The notes: generated by a model not told the origin, from the letters alone. Shown: positions 19,473 to 30,503, counted from the first letter of the stretch. The stretch: DNA of 64,000 nucleotides from a virus (IMGVR_UViG_3300045996_000852:64001-128000); one strand, 5' to 3'. Made by a program: numbers and translations.

Positions 19473-20195
19473 TTATAATGTGATAAAATGTGGAGTAAAT
19501 CCACCTTGATAAGTACCGGGAACAGGAATCATTTGGTCTCCTACTTGGTCCACATGTACTATTGAACTTATCCCTTGGTAGAACTTATTTTTAAACTGTT
19601 GTTCTACTTTTTGTACATTTACAAGGATGTGATAACCACCTCTGGTTTTTAATAAATTCACTGCTTCTGGATTAACAACTTTTCCTAATGTATCCATTAG
19701 AATTTCTGTGTTAGTACTATATCCTTCAGGGAAATCCATATCAAAATCTACAAAGTGAGTAGTTCCTTTTGTTCTCTGGATTTCAGAAAGTACTTCCTGA
19801 TGTGGATTACCTAGATTATTTGTATCTCTGATACATTGAGCAAGCTTAACCAAGGAGTTAGCCGTAGCTTTCCATAAATCTCTAGGGTTTGGAGTAATAT
19901 ACAGAGCCAATGCTTCCTGAGGAATTGCTATATCCTTTTGTCTGTATGCTCCAATCTCTACTTCCAACTGCTTGATTTTCCAGTACATTCGTTCCTTATC
20001 TGATACGAATCTTTTTAATTGAGCCTTGTCAGACTTAATATGAGCTATACCATTCTTACCTTCTGCATCTTTGGTATATTTACTCCGGGCGAATAAACAC
20101 ATATAATATTTCTCTGTTGGCCTGAGTTCAGGTAACCATTCAATGAACGCCTTGAGTTTCTCCTCGTCTGTTATAATTTGATAATTCATCATCAA
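19473..20195 (-). CDS. AEP (primase-polymerase) superfamily-like protein
   Basis: FVDFDMD (DxD) and KTRGGYH (motif II-like). Confidence 0.5.
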   Translation of the reverse strand: MMMNYQIITDEEKLKAFIEWLPELRPTEKYYMCLFARSKYTKDAEGKNGIAHIKSDKAQLKRFVSDKERMYWKIKQLEVEIGAYRQKDIAIPQEALALYITPNPRDLWKATANSLVKLAQCIRDTNNLGNPHQEVLSEIQRTKGTTHFVDFDMDFPEGYSTNTEILMDTLGKVVNPEAVNLLKTRGGYHILVNVQKVEQQFKNKFYQGISSIVHVDQVGDQMIPVPGTYQGGFTPHFITL

Positions 20196-21543
20196 TATTT
20201 TTTATTTTATCTTTTAATTTCTTGGTTATAAATTCGATAAATTCTATTTGACTAATTTCAAATTTTTCCAGATTTATCAAGAATGGATAATCATGATACA
20301 TACCTGTATTTACTCTAGCTGCTATCTGTATTCTCACTTCGCTATTAGGATTGCCATCTTTATCTAAGAATAGTGTAAGATGTTGGCTAATTCCATCCTT
20401 ATTTTGAATTAATGATGTTATTCTTCGAGCATCATCATCTGTTATTTTATGATTATTCATTTCAATAATTCATTTTTCTTGTTAATTACTACTGCTTGTA
20501 ATTCATTTGTCTTGATATTACATTCTCTGACCATTGTAATTATTTCCTCATGAATTTTCCTACCTTTAGCTAGAGGGAATAACTTTATAGGTGTAAACTT
20601 CATTCCTCTATATCCTTTTACAGTTACATCACCATCAGCTTTGAGTTCTTCTACTTCTCCCCCTAAGACATATGGGAATATATCATATCCCCAAAATGCA
20701 AATAATTTTTGACTCATATTATCTTTGTTGAAATCTGTATTTATCAATCCAAATAATCATAAGCTTTTCACCCTCACTAGGTTTTATTGATTGGAGCATA
20801 ACATTATACCCTGCATCAATTATCTTATTGATTATTTGATTCCGTACTTCATCTGAATAATTATACTCTTCCTTATCTTCCAAGTCCAGATATGGTAATT
20901 TCTGATGAAAATATCTTACTAATATTTTATCCATTCTATCAGAATGTGAAATATCAGAAGATTTTTCATCTTTTGTGAAATTAACATACTTCTCATTCTT
21001 GAAATATATTTCATTAGCAGTCTGTACTGTATCTACTAATTGTTCCCACATTGCTTCCTTGGCTTCTGAGTATTCTGTATAGATATGTGGAATCTGTTTA
21101 AGATATGTAGGTATATGAAGACCCATCCCTTGAGATACATCAGCATCACTTATGAACATTTGATAATTCTCACATCCGGGAGCAGGATTTGGTCCTACGT
21201 AATACCAACCTCTTATCTTATGATGTTGGACAAAATAGAGCTTAGTACCTAATGGTATCTTCTCTAGTCCTTCTTTTGTTTGTATTAACATATTCTTTTA
21301 ATTTCTGTTTGGTACAAAAGCAACCTCAAGGTAAATTACCTGAAGATTATTACTGAAATCAGTATACATATCCTTATCAATGTAGCGTTCTGCTAATTCT
21401 TTATTTGAATTAGCTTGTGGAGTAGTTCCATAGAATAAAGCTTTTTTAGGGTCACCATTCTCACACATCCAATAAGAGGGACCGTATACTACTAGTCCGG
21501 GTTTCGGAGTAGACACATCTCGAAAATTGAATTTCCAGTTCAT
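20140..21543 (-). CDS. four hypothetical proteins (20140-20460, 20457-20747, 20719-21291, 21298-21543)
   Basis: Contiguous ORFs. Confidence 0.5.
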
Positions 21544-22568
21544 AAAAAGTTTTTATATTTTAACAAATCTTCTACCGCCCTAAGACCATTTTCTTTAGCT
21601 AGTCCGTAGAAGTCATTAATATCTGGTAATAATCTTTTATCAGGATTTACCCAATTCCAGCCTGTCTGAGCAGTTACTTTTTGAGATTTAGCTACTCCAT
21701 CAGGGTCAGAACCAAATGCCATCCATACATTTTTGAATAGTTTACCTACCTTCTCTATCGTGTGGGGAGAAAGGAATAGTTTGGATTGTTCATTCTGTGA
21801 AGCTATTACCTTGTCTGTAATAAGCGTGGTTACGAGTAAATCTTTCATACTTTTCTGGATGATACCCTTTTCACAAGGTTCATCACCACATTTTTGTAAA
21901 AGATTATCATAATTCCAAAGATGGTTACCAGAAACGTTATTCCTGAACTTAGGATTCCATTCATCATATCCTCTTTCCGGGAAATAGAGCTTTACAGCAT
22001 CTTCCTCAGGACAATAGTAAGCCCAAACCACTTCGTTTGGTTTTAACTTGAATATCCTACGTTTAATAGCACAACTCTTTACAGCGTATGTATTGTACTT
22101 CTCACAATGGGGAGGTGTTACTTCAGTGCCTTCCCAAAATTTATAATGTTCCTTCTTCCAAGGTTGGTAAGTAAAGGATATTTTAACATAGTTTTTATCT
22201 TCCTCGGTAGGTTCATCCCAAGTAATAATAGGAGATTTAGAGGCTACTTGCTTTCCTTTCTGAGGTCTAAGCTGAAAGTCCCAAATTATCTTAGCACAAG
22301 CATCCCCAAAGGATAGATTAAAGTACTTTTCCACGAATTGTATGGCACTACCAGCCTCTTCTGTGGCTTGATCTTTCCACATCCATATACCATTATAGGG
22401 AAATATGCCCCATGATAGCTTCTTTTCTTTCTTTCCCCAAGGTCTTTGCATTATCCGGGATACTTTCCCGAGATAGTACATATAAATATCATATCCACCA
22501 GTGGTCCTATCAAGGATGTCATCTGAGGTTATGAGTCCTGTGTCTTTTTTCTTGATTCCTGTAACCAT
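21540..22568 (-). CDS. DNA primase, TOPRIM/DnaG-like (crAss type)
   Basis: IIQKSMKD, SQNEQ, FGSDPDG TOPRIM motifs; sits in the replication block. Confidence 0.75.
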   Translation of the reverse strand: MVTGIKKKDTGLITSDDILDRTTGGYDIYMYYLGKVSRIMQRPWGKKEKKLSWGIFPYNGIWMWKDQATEEAGSAIQFVEKYFNLSFGDACAKIIWDFQLRPQKGKQVASKSPIITWDEPTEEDKNYVKISFTYQPWKKEHYKFWEGTEVTPPHCEKYNTYAVKSCAIKRRIFKLKPNEVVWAYYCPEEDAVKLYFPERGYDEWNPKFRNNVSGNHLWNYDNLLQKCGDEPCEKGIIQKSMKDLLVTTLITDKVIASQNEQSKLFLSPHTIEKVGKLFKNVWMAFGSDPDGVAKSQKVTAQTGWNWVNPDKRLLPDINDFYGLAKENGLRAVEDLLKYKNFL

Positions 22569-22731
22569 AGTTCTACTTTATCAGGTCTTAATAATCTTAT
22601 TAATTTCAGCTTAACCGCTTCTACAGGGATTACCTTATCCTTGAGATTGAGTCCAAATTCACTAAGGTCTATACCGTCTTCATCAAGTTCTTTAAATATT
22701 TCTTCCAATAGATTCATAAGTAATGGTTTTA

Positions 22732-22762
22732 AAAAAAGGGCTTCACGGATGGAAGCCCTTTT
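22732..22762 (-). terminator. intrinsic terminator after the SSB gene
   Basis: AAGGGCTTC/GAAGCCCTT stem followed by a long U-run. Confidence 0.8.
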
Positions 22763-22786
22763 ATTTTATGGAAACAGAAAACAGGG

Positions 22787-23755
22787 TTAGTACTTACTGT
22801 TGTTATCTGTAACTTCTGCATCTGCTTTAGTCTTATCAGATGTAGCCAAATCCTCTTCAGGATTGTACTCCCTGATAGCTTCCAGAGCATAAGCACCTCT
22901 AACACCATAATCAGCTTCAGCTTCTTTCATGAATCTGTCCCATACACTTTGAGTAAATGTATTTGGCATTTTGCATCCATTGTTAATGAATTTCATGAAA
23001 TTAGCAGGAAGTGTTTTCTTGAATACCTTCTGGTATTGTTTGTCCGGGTCTGTTTCATCTACCTCTACATTTGCAAGATATACACAAGGTACATCGAATT
23101 CACCATTCACCTGTCCAGACAGTTCCTTAAAGTTTCCTGCAAACAACTTCTTGGTATCAAGAAGAATGCTTGTTCCAGAGTCTTTAAAGTCCAGTTTTCC
23201 AAGCCATGATTTAAGAAACTCAGCCAGTTCTTCCTCACCATACAGAGCAGGGCGGAAAGTTTTATCACCGAGAATTTCTGTTTCATTAGCTTTAGCACCT
23301 TGCTCATACTTGTCTACAATATCACCGTTAGGTAATTTCCAGTTAAGTACTTTTACAAAGTGACGGAAGCTGTCAAATGTTGAATTTGCATCATAATTAC
23401 CATCATCATCTATCTCAACCCATGCTGTTTCACCAACAGAGTTAATAAGTTGAATCTTGTCTTCCAGTTTGTTCTTCCTGATGTCATTCCTGAGAATGAT
23501 ATTGTAAGGAATATACAAACCTTCTTTACCATCAACTTCCAGATAGAAAGTAATTTTTACTGTATCATTACCATCCTTTTCACCTGTGTATTTTACTCGT
23601 TTGTCTTTGTCCTCATCAATCTCTTCACCAAGTAATTTACCAAGGTCTGTAGCATTAGGAGATACAGATACGACTCTTCCTTTAAAGAATCCTACATACT
23701 TTGGACCAGTTTCAAAGTTGACTGGTTCTCTTTTTTTACCACCAATTCCTGACAT
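22787..23755 (-). CDS. putative single-stranded DNA-binding protein (crAss-like)
   Basis: KYVGFFKGRVVSVSP N-terminus, acidic C-terminus, own promoter, position beside the primase. Confidence 0.55.
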   Translation of the reverse strand: MSGIGGKKREPVNFETGPKYVGFFKGRVVSVSPNATDLGKLLGEEIDEDKDKRVKYTGEKDGNDTVKITFYLEVDGKEGLYIPYNIILRNDIRKNKLEDKIQLINSVGETAWVEIDDDGNYDANSTFDSFRHFVKVLNWKLPNGDIVDKYEQGAKANETEILGDKTFRPALYGEEELAEFLKSWLGKLDFKDSGTSILLDTKKLFAGNFKELSGQVNGEFDVPCVYLANVEVDETDPDKQYQKVFKKTLPANFMKFINNGCKMPNTFTQSVWDRFMKEAEADYGVRGAYALEAIREYNPEEDLATSDKTKADAEVTDNNSKY

Positions 23756-23777
23756 AATTTTCTGTTTTTAGTTTTTA

Positions 23778-23809
23778 CAAATTTAGTCTACTTCTTATAT
23801 CCTTCCAAA
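23778..23809 (-). promoter_or_regulatory. Bacteroidota housekeeping-sigma promoter
   Basis: TTTG (-33), 20-nt spacer, TAAATTTG (-7) upstream of the SSB start. Confidence 0.7.
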
Positions 23810-24430
23810 TTATTTTACTTCATACTTAACACCTTTAACAATTAACCAATTAATAGTCCGTGGGTCTACTAACCTGTGTCTTGCATCATATGTAGCTGAA
23901 GATTTAGTTGTATCAGCCAGCATATCAGTAAAATGAATCCTTCCAAACTCATCAGTAGATGCACTGTGCCTTCCTACCATTGTTCTTTCTTCACCTTCCA
24001 GAGCTTTCTTAATTGTAGCTTTGAATGCTTTCTCCACATCTTTTGGTGCTGTGTTAGTATGAGCATCCAGAATTTCCTTAAGTACATCAGCCTGTTTAAC
24101 TTGTTTATTAAAGTTAACAGTCATAGCTGTATAAGGATGAGTCAAGAAAATCTGAATAACTTCAGTTCTCGAAAGTTTCCTTGTTTCCAAGAATTGAGAA
24201 GCTGAATTCACACAACTTTCAATGTAAGCTTCATCTACATTGATAGCTTCACCTGTATCATTAATAAGTGATACAAGATTAATAGTTTTGCCTCTTTCAT
24301 CCTTTTGGGTAAATTTGTCACCTACAGTATAAAACTGAGTCTCTGATAAAACATCGCCTTTCTTAAGGTCTCTGAATGATGCACCTACTACTGGTTTAGC
24401 CTGAACCACCGGGGCTGTTGTTGTTGACAT
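23810..24430 (-). CDS. conserved phage hypothetical protein
   Basis: 206-aa ORF. Confidence 0.65.
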   Translation of the reverse strand: MSTTTAPVVQAKPVVGASFRDLKKGDVLSETQFYTVGDKFTQKDERGKTINLVSLINDTGEAINVDEAYIESCVNSASQFLETRKLSRTEVIQIFLTHPYTAMTVNFNKQVKQADVLKEILDAHTNTAPKDVEKAFKATIKKALEGEERTMVGRHSASTDEFGRIHFTDMLADTTKSSATYDARHRLVDPRTINWLIVKGVKYEVK

Positions 24431-24455
24431 AATGATTATTGATTTAAGTGATTAA

Positions 24456-25334
24456 TTAAACATTTGTTGCTTTTCTCTTATAAAATCCACCTCTTACATC
24501 TTCACCTTTAGCTACTCTTGATGCATAAGTTTTAGTAGCATCTGCTGACATAGCAAAAGATTTAATAACACCACCTCTTGTATTGTCATGCACCAAAGTA
24601 TTATCCTCACGGATATTGTAATTAGCGATAGCCTTTTGTACATCTGATTTTACACCAACAAATGTAATAGTGAAGCCCTTGTCTTCACAATTGGCTATCA
24701 TCTTTTTCACTTGAGTAGGTTGATATAACTTACTGTCATTCTCTCCACCATCAGTAAAGATTTTGATAAGAACCTTCTCTCCATTCTTAACTTTTGTTAA
24801 CAATACATCTAAAGTTCTACCAATTGCATCATTTAAAGCTGTCATATCTCTACCTCTCATATTTACTACTTTAGCTTGAGAGATAGGAACAAGCATTTGT
24901 TCAATTTTATAATCATTAGAACCTGAGAAGTGAACAAATGTATTGGTATAATCTACAGTATTATCCTTCTTAAGAAGTGATATTTCTTCATTAATACCAT
25001 CACAAGCTACTCTGATTTTATCACCACTGTTCATGCTACCAGAAGCATCCAGAATATGAACATTATGAATAGTAGGTTTACTTACAAGTGTAGGAGTGGT
25101 TGTTAATACTTTTACTACTTCAGTAATTTTAAGCTCTTTCTTGGGAGATTTCTTTGATGTTACCTTTTTTTCTTTTTGTGGAACAATTCCGGCCTTCTTT
25201 TCAAGGAATGCTTTATAAGCATCTGCTGATGGTTGACCAGCTTCCTTAGCTAATTTTTCTTTTCTGTCTTTATTGGACCTTTTGAAATTCTCCAATAATG
25301 CTTGATAAGCTTGGGCTAATGAATTTTTACTCAT
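24456..25334 (-). CDS. vWA domain protein with a basic N-terminal extension
   Basis: ILDASGSM (MIDAS), TALNDAIG, IFTDGGEN. Confidence 0.8.
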   Translation of the reverse strand: MSKNSLAQAYQALLENFKRSNKDRKEKLAKEAGQPSADAYKAFLEKKAGIVPQKEKKVTSKKSPKKELKITEVVKVLTTTPTLVSKPTIHNVHILDASGSMNSGDKIRVACDGINEEISLLKKDNTVDYTNTFVHFSGSNDYKIEQMLVPISQAKVVNMRGRDMTALNDAIGRTLDVLLTKVKNGEKVLIKIFTDGGENDSKLYQPTQVKKMIANCEDKGFTITFVGVKSDVQKAIANYNIREDNTLVHDNTRGGVIKSFAMSADATKTYASRVAKGEDVRGGFYKRKATNV

Positions 25335-25357
25335 TTGGTTTTCTGTTTTGGGGATTA

Positions 25358-26323
25358 TTAAAATTTGATTTCGGGATAAATTTCTTGCCAGTAACTTTTA
25401 GGTAATAAACCAGCTTCAAGGTCTTTATCAGAAACCAAATCAGCTATTTTAATTACTTTATTTGCAAGGTGTGTAGGTCTACTTCCAAGGTCTGTCTCTT
25501 CTTTCTTGGAGAAATCAAGGAAACAACCATTCTCATTCCTATAGAATGTAGCTACTGCATCAGCTTTACTGGTGAATGTTGTACTCATTAATCCTTCCAA
25601 TGCAATATCTAGTGCTGTTATATCCTCATCATCTTTCTTCATTACTTTCTTCTTCTGACCAACGTGACCATGAAACTGAATAAATGGAGCAGCATTCTGT
25701 TCAATAAAAGCTTTAATTTCACTAAACTTATTTCTAATGTACTTTACTCCACCATAGTCATCTACTTTCTTAATGTCAACCTTAGGATTCCTGACATTTT
25801 GATTGTACTCGTAAAGAGCAGCCTTATTCGAAAGTTCTGTAACGGATGTGATAGTATCAATAGCCAATATAGGAAAAGGCATGTTATTGATAAACACAAC
25901 AAGGTCTTCGTACATTTTCTTTCTTACTTGTGGGTCTCTTTCCTTTTCCATTGCTGTATACATCTTCCAGTATTCAGTCATGTTATTAGCTTTATCAAGC
26001 TCTGTAACAAGATCGAAAAGGGTTTGAGGAATCCAGCCGTACTTCTTGGTTTCCACATACTTATCTGCAACATCTTCATCCAGAAGGTTAGTCACATTGT
26101 CAGCATTGAAATATTTAGTACCTCTTTCAGCATCAGCTATCAAAACTTTGGGTACATTACAAAGTGATAATGTTCCTCCACTCTTAGGATATTTTACTAT
26201 CAAAAGATTGGTAGGTGATTTTAGCAACGGACCTTTCTTAATGAGTTTACCATTTGAATCTAATGGTAGTCGTTTAAACTCTGGTTTCTTGATTGTTGGT
26301 TCAATTTGTTTTACTTCAGCCAT
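25358..26323 (-). CDS. Sak4/AAA_24-like P-loop ATPase with a degenerate Walker A
   Basis: KYPKSGGT, IADAERG, LAIDTIT, ADAVA; likely start MAEVKQ. Confidence 0.6.
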   Translation of the reverse strand: MAEVKQIEPTIKKPEFKRLPLDSNGKLIKKGPLLKSPTNLLIVKYPKSGGTLSLCNVPKVLIADAERGTKYFNADNVTNLLDEDVADKYVETKKYGWIPQTLFDLVTELDKANNMTEYWKMYTAMEKERDPQVRKKMYEDLVVFINNMPFPILAIDTITSVTELSNKAALYEYNQNVRNPKVDIKKVDDYGGVKYIRNKFSEIKAFIEQNAAPFIQFHGHVGQKKKVMKKDDEDITALDIALEGLMSTTFTSKADAVATFYRNENGCFLDFSKKEETDLGSRPTHLANKVIKIADLVSDKDLEAGLLPKSYWQEIYPEIKF

Positions 26324-26325
26324 AA

Positions 26326-26718
26326 TTATTGATTTATTGGTAAAGGGGAATCCTTTATTGTTTTTGCTTCCCACTTTTGTCTAATCAAATCTTTCTTTTC
26401 CCAAACTCTTTGTAACTCAGTCATTGCACATTCTTCCAAACTTACATCATGAGCAGAACATAAACCTGATAAAGTTACCATAGTTCCTCCAACTTCTTGC
26501 TTTAATTCTCCTACAGGACGATTAAACACATAATCAACCAGTTGTAGAGCTTGTTCCTTTGTACATCCTGCCGCTTGGACTAATTCTAAGGCTTCTTCAA
26601 GGAATCTATAATTCCTTTCTAACTTACTGATGGCTACTGATTCACCGAAACAGTGAGTGAGCCATTCTTTTACTTTTTGTTGATAGTGATTCATATAAAG
26701 TGGGTTACAAATATACAA
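26326..26718 (-). CDS. MazG-like NTP pyrophosphohydrolase
   Basis: RFLEEALELVQ...QEVGG. Confidence 0.6.
   Translation of the reverse strand: MYICNPLYMNHYQQKVKEWLTHCFGESVAISKLERNYRFLEEALELVQAAGCTKEQALQLVDYVFNRPVGELKQEVGGTMVTLSGLCSAHDVSLEECAMTELQRVWEKKDLIRQKWEAKTIKDSPLPINQ
26708..26715 (-). promoter_or_regulatory. Bacteroidota -7 element
   Basis: TATATTTG; no clear -33 element. Confidence 0.45.
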
Positions 26719-26730
26719 ACTATTTTAAAA

Positions 26731-27507
26731 TTATTTAATAGAATAAACTACTTCTTTATCTGCCGAGCCTCCTTCGTGCTGAATTAACACTTTCTTATCA
26801 TCCCAATCACCCAAGTCCCTATATTTAACTAAGTTCTCTGGAACTGTAATATAAAGAGCTTCGGTATCAGGATGTTTTATGTCAAGTGCATTTTCTACGA
26901 AGTCAGAATGACATGGACGAGCAAATAACAACATAGCTTTACCTCCAAGAGCTTTAAGAATATCACCGCATTCTTCCACTCTTCTAGGCATTACATTTAT
27001 AATCCCAAGACCATATTTAAGATTCTCTACGTTGAAATTAATAAGGTCTTCAGCTTGAAGAAAGGGTTCAATACCTACTACTTTGGCTCCTGCTTTCCTG
27101 AGTTGTTGTAATAACCAACCTGTACCAGACCCAACATCAATAATAACTCTTCCATTTGCATATTCTACTAACCATTTTATCATATTGTCATAAGGTCTGA
27201 AGAATAACATATTCATTACATTTCCTCTCCTATGACTTTCTGCTCTGAATTCTCCATGATTTGTATAAGCTTCGAGAACATTTAGTTGACCTTCGGAAGG
27301 TGGATACATTACATCCCCCAAAGTTAGTTTACGATCATCGGGATGAGATTTTAGATACATTTCTCCACAACACATTCCTACTTCTTTAAATGAGTACATA
27401 TAGACCCTTGTTAATTTATTGAAGGTTGAACTTTCAACTGTATATGGTCCCTGTATCTCACTTCCATTTCCAAAGTCTAAATATACTGTTTCCTCATTTC
27501 CATACAT
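26731..27507 (-). CDS. class I SAM-dependent methyltransferase, substrate unknown
   Basis: IIDVGSGTG (motif I), GIEP (motif II), LFARPCH; likely start MYGNEE. Confidence 0.7.
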   Translation of the reverse strand: MYGNEETVYLDFGNGSEIQGPYTVESSTFNKLTRVYMYSFKEVGMCCGEMYLKSHPDDRKLTLGDVMYPPSEGQLNVLEAYTNHGEFRAESHRRGNVMNMLFFRPYDNMIKWLVEYANGRVIIDVGSGTGWLLQQLRKAGAKVVGIEPFLQAEDLINFNVENLKYGLGIINVMPRRVEECGDILKALGGKAMLLFARPCHSDFVENALDIKHPDTEALYITVPENLVKYRDLGDWDDKKVLIQHEGGSADKEVVYSIK

Positions 27508-27517
27508 AGGTGTTCTT

Positions 27518-28114
27518 TTAGTACCCTCTCTTGGCTTTTCTGTCAAGTTCTTCTTGTTCGTCTTCGATTTGGTTTTTGAGGTCATAATATCTGTTTTCAA
27601 TGTAGAATAAATCATGTTCATCAGAGTATTTAAGTTCAAAAGGAATCATTTTAGCTCTACCATGTAGATTCTGCTCATCCTCTGAAATAAATAAGGATTG
27701 AAGTTTATTCAATCCATCCATAATATCCTGTTTACCATCAGGGTCTTCTCTAAAGTCATAGATTTTGAAACCTTTCTTTAATACCTGTTTGATTTTGTCA
27801 AACAAAGCTTTTTCTTCTCCCCATCCACGCTTCCATTCATTAAGTCTGTATAATAATGTATGAACATAGATTGTCTTTAAAGGGAATTCAGGTTTCAGGA
27901 AAGCATCCAGATAATCTTCTACTTGATCTTTGTACATAAAAGTAGTAGCTACAATAATAGCATCACTTTTTAATACAGTTTCAACTATTTCCTCTTGTCT
28001 GTGTTGAGCAAAGGTAAATTCCTTTACTTCTGTGAATAATTCAGGATTATCCTTGACAAATGCTTTTACAGCATTATCCACATCGTATTCATTCTCAATG
28101 ACTACTGCTTTCAT
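27518..28114 (-). CDS. hypothetical protein with a receiver/flavodoxin-like N-terminus
   Basis: KAVVIENE...SDAIIVATTFMY; similar to 41827-42354. Confidence 0.5.
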   Translation of the reverse strand: MKAVVIENEYDVDNAVKAFVKDNPELFTEVKEFTFAQHRQEEIVETVLKSDAIIVATTFMYKDQVEDYLDAFLKPEFPLKTIYVHTLLYRLNEWKRGWGEEKALFDKIKQVLKKGFKIYDFREDPDGKQDIMDGLNKLQSLFISEDEQNLHGRAKMIPFELKYSDEHDLFYIENRYYDLKNQIEDEQEELDRKAKRGY

Positions 28115-28736
28115 AAAATGTTGTCATTTGAAGCCCAACTAACATTATAAATCTGATCTGTTGGAGCTTTGGTTATTACAATTTTGTTTTCCTTTAATAG
28201 TTCAAGATAGAAATTAGATTTCTCTATCAATTCTCTATCCCTATAACCTAATAGATGCTGAGGTTCTAATGATAAACGTGTCTGAGCACAATCCTTGATA
28301 AATTCGAACATTCTTTTCAAAATATCCAAACCGTGAATTTCATCATTAGCCAAGAACATTATATTTATCTCGACATATTTCTCATGAAGATGATTATCAT
28401 AAGAACTAAAATGCCATAATTCTTTACCACCTTCATAAATAAAACTCCTCCTGTCATCCCCACTACCTCCGGTAGCATAGAATGTTACGGGATTGTTCAT
28501 CATAAATTATTCTCATTTAAAAAGTCACAAATTGCCTTCATTCTTTTATTGTTCTCTTTTACCCAAGCATTTTGTTGTTTCTCTGTCATCTTCGCTAACT
28601 CTTCATCAGTAGGTAGGAATGTTTCAATTACACCTACAGTATACCCCTTAGTATCTGTAGTTCTAGCAATCTGAGTAACTACACCTGATATTTTCACAGG
28701 AGTATACTTAGAAGGGGAGTTTGTTTTCTTGGTCAT
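28111..28736 (-). CDS. two hypothetical proteins (28111-28503, 28500-28736)
   Basis: Coupled ORFs. Confidence 0.5.
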
Positions 28737-30264
28737 CTTCTTTCCTTCTTTTAATGAATGGATGTTCTTTCTTTTTACCTTTAATACCACCTCCCATATC
28801 AGAATAGATATTTCTAATATCCGGGTTAGCTGATATTGTTTTAAGCTTCGGTGGTCCTGATGGTTCGAGTGATTTAGCCTGAGGAAGTAGCTTATTATCG
28901 AAATATTTCTGAAGTTCCCTCCTTATGTGTATATCTTCAGGTGAGAATTTAAAATCTGTCAATAACCACTTCTTATACCAATCAGGAACTTCCTTGCTTA
29001 CAGCATTCTTACCACTGAATTTACCAAAATGAAGTATTGGCTCTTTATATCTAGGTGGTACTACATCAGGGTCAAAGTATAATCCTATTTTATGAATAGG
29101 AATCCCTGTTAATAACTTACCTCCTGAACCATAAAGCTTCCACTCTCCTTCTTGATATTTAAAGTAGAGTTCCTCAATCTTACCAAATTTACCAACATTT
29201 CCTACAAAGTCTATAATTAGGCAGTCTTCTTTTGTAGGGAAAGGTCTTGTACCTCTACCAGCAGCTTGATAAAACCAAGCAAGTGAGGCTGTAGGACGAG
29301 CCATTATAATACAGTCTATCTCTGGATAGTCAAATCCAACAGATAGAATGTTTACATTGAATACTGCTTTGATTTCTTTAGCCCGGAACTTTCGAATTAC
29401 TTCTTCTCTTTCTTTCTTTGGCATATCTGAATATACAGCAGCAGAATTAGGAACTTTAGAACTCAAGTCAATAGCTTCACTAATGGAAGGTACAAATACA
29501 AGAATACTCTTTCTTGAGTCTTCAAGGTCTGCAATTCTGTTCACCACTTTACTCCCTATTTCCTGATTTTCATAAGCTGCTATTACTGATTCATCTGTAT
29601 ACTCAGCTTTGGTACTATTGTACTGTAAATCCTTCGTACTGAAATCATGTTCCTCATACTTCAATTTAGCCCAATAATTCCTATCAAGCATTTCTTTAAT
29701 CTGAGTAACATGAAGAATCTTCTTGTAGAATTGACCATGTTTGTTCCTTGTGGTCAACATTACTAGTTGAGAATACGTACCGCCATCTTCCATATCAGTA
29801 TAATTCTGAAGTTTGAAAGGTGTGGCAGTAAGTCCAAGTACGGATTTTATCCCCATAGTCTTCATGAAATTCCCAAGCATAGAAGTACTACTCCTTGGAT
29901 ATAAGTGTAACTCATCAATAATGAGGTACTTATAGCCTTTTTCTTTAAAGGTTCTTCCCATATCTTTGATAGAACCTATAGTAGCATATGTTATATGACC
30001 AAATTCCTTTGTATTAAAGGATGCAGAATATATACTAGCTTCCACTCCAAGAGCAGTAACTTTACTATAATTCTGTTCCAATAATTCCTTTGATGGTTGA
30101 AGTACCAACACACCTTGTTTCAGGGTTTTAGCTATATATGCTACTAACAGGGATTTACCAAAAGCAGTAGGGGCTACTATTATCGAGGGTTCCTTTGAAC
30201 CACTCAGAAAATAGGTAACCCCTACATCTACAGGTTTAACCTGATAATCTCTTAAGTCAAACAT
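28708..30264 (-). CDS. superfamily 2 helicase (UvsW/YejH-like)
   Basis: LRDYQ, APTAFGKS, IIDELH, GLTATP, ILSVGFDYP, QAAGRGTR. Confidence 0.9.
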   Translation of the reverse strand: MFDLRDYQVKPVDVGVTYFLSGSKEPSIIVAPTAFGKSLLVAYIAKTLKQGVLVLQPSKELLEQNYSKVTALGVEASIYSASFNTKEFGHITYATIGSIKDMGRTFKEKGYKYLIIDELHLYPRSSTSMLGNFMKTMGIKSVLGLTATPFKLQNYTDMEDGGTYSQLVMLTTRNKHGQFYKKILHVTQIKEMLDRNYWAKLKYEEHDFSTKDLQYNSTKAEYTDESVIAAYENQEIGSKVVNRIADLEDSRKSILVFVPSISEAIDLSSKVPNSAAVYSDMPKKEREEVIRKFRAKEIKAVFNVNILSVGFDYPEIDCIIMARPTASLAWFYQAAGRGTRPFPTKEDCLIIDFVGNVGKFGKIEELYFKYQEGEWKLYGSGGKLLTGIPIHKIGLYFDPDVVPPRYKEPILHFGKFSGKNAVSKEVPDWYKKWLLTDFKFSPEDIHIRRELQKYFDNKLLPQAKSLEPSGPPKLKTISANPDIRNIYSDMGGGIKGKKKEHPFIKRRKEDDQENKLPF

Positions 30265-30503
30265 TGTCCAAATTTAGTGTCATAATGTTGAAAAAGCTTC
30301 ATCACACACGAACCGTATGTGACTTTTTTGTAATCACTCTGCTTTGTATAGACATTGGGTTCCTGTGAACACATTCTTGAAAAATAGTTAGAAAAGGACA
30401 TATAATCCCTTATAACTCCACCCATTTCTAGGTAAAATTCAAAGAATACAGCTACAGGAATTTCTTCCATCTGTCTTACAATACACCAGTTATCTCTTGT
30501 CAT
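30252..30503 (-). CDS. hypothetical protein
   Basis: 83-aa ORF. Confidence 0.5.
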   Translation of the reverse strand: MTRDNWCIVRQMEEIPVAVFFEFYLEMGGVIRDYMSFSNYFSRMCSQEPNVYTKQSDYKKVTYGSCVMKLFQHYDTKFGQCLT

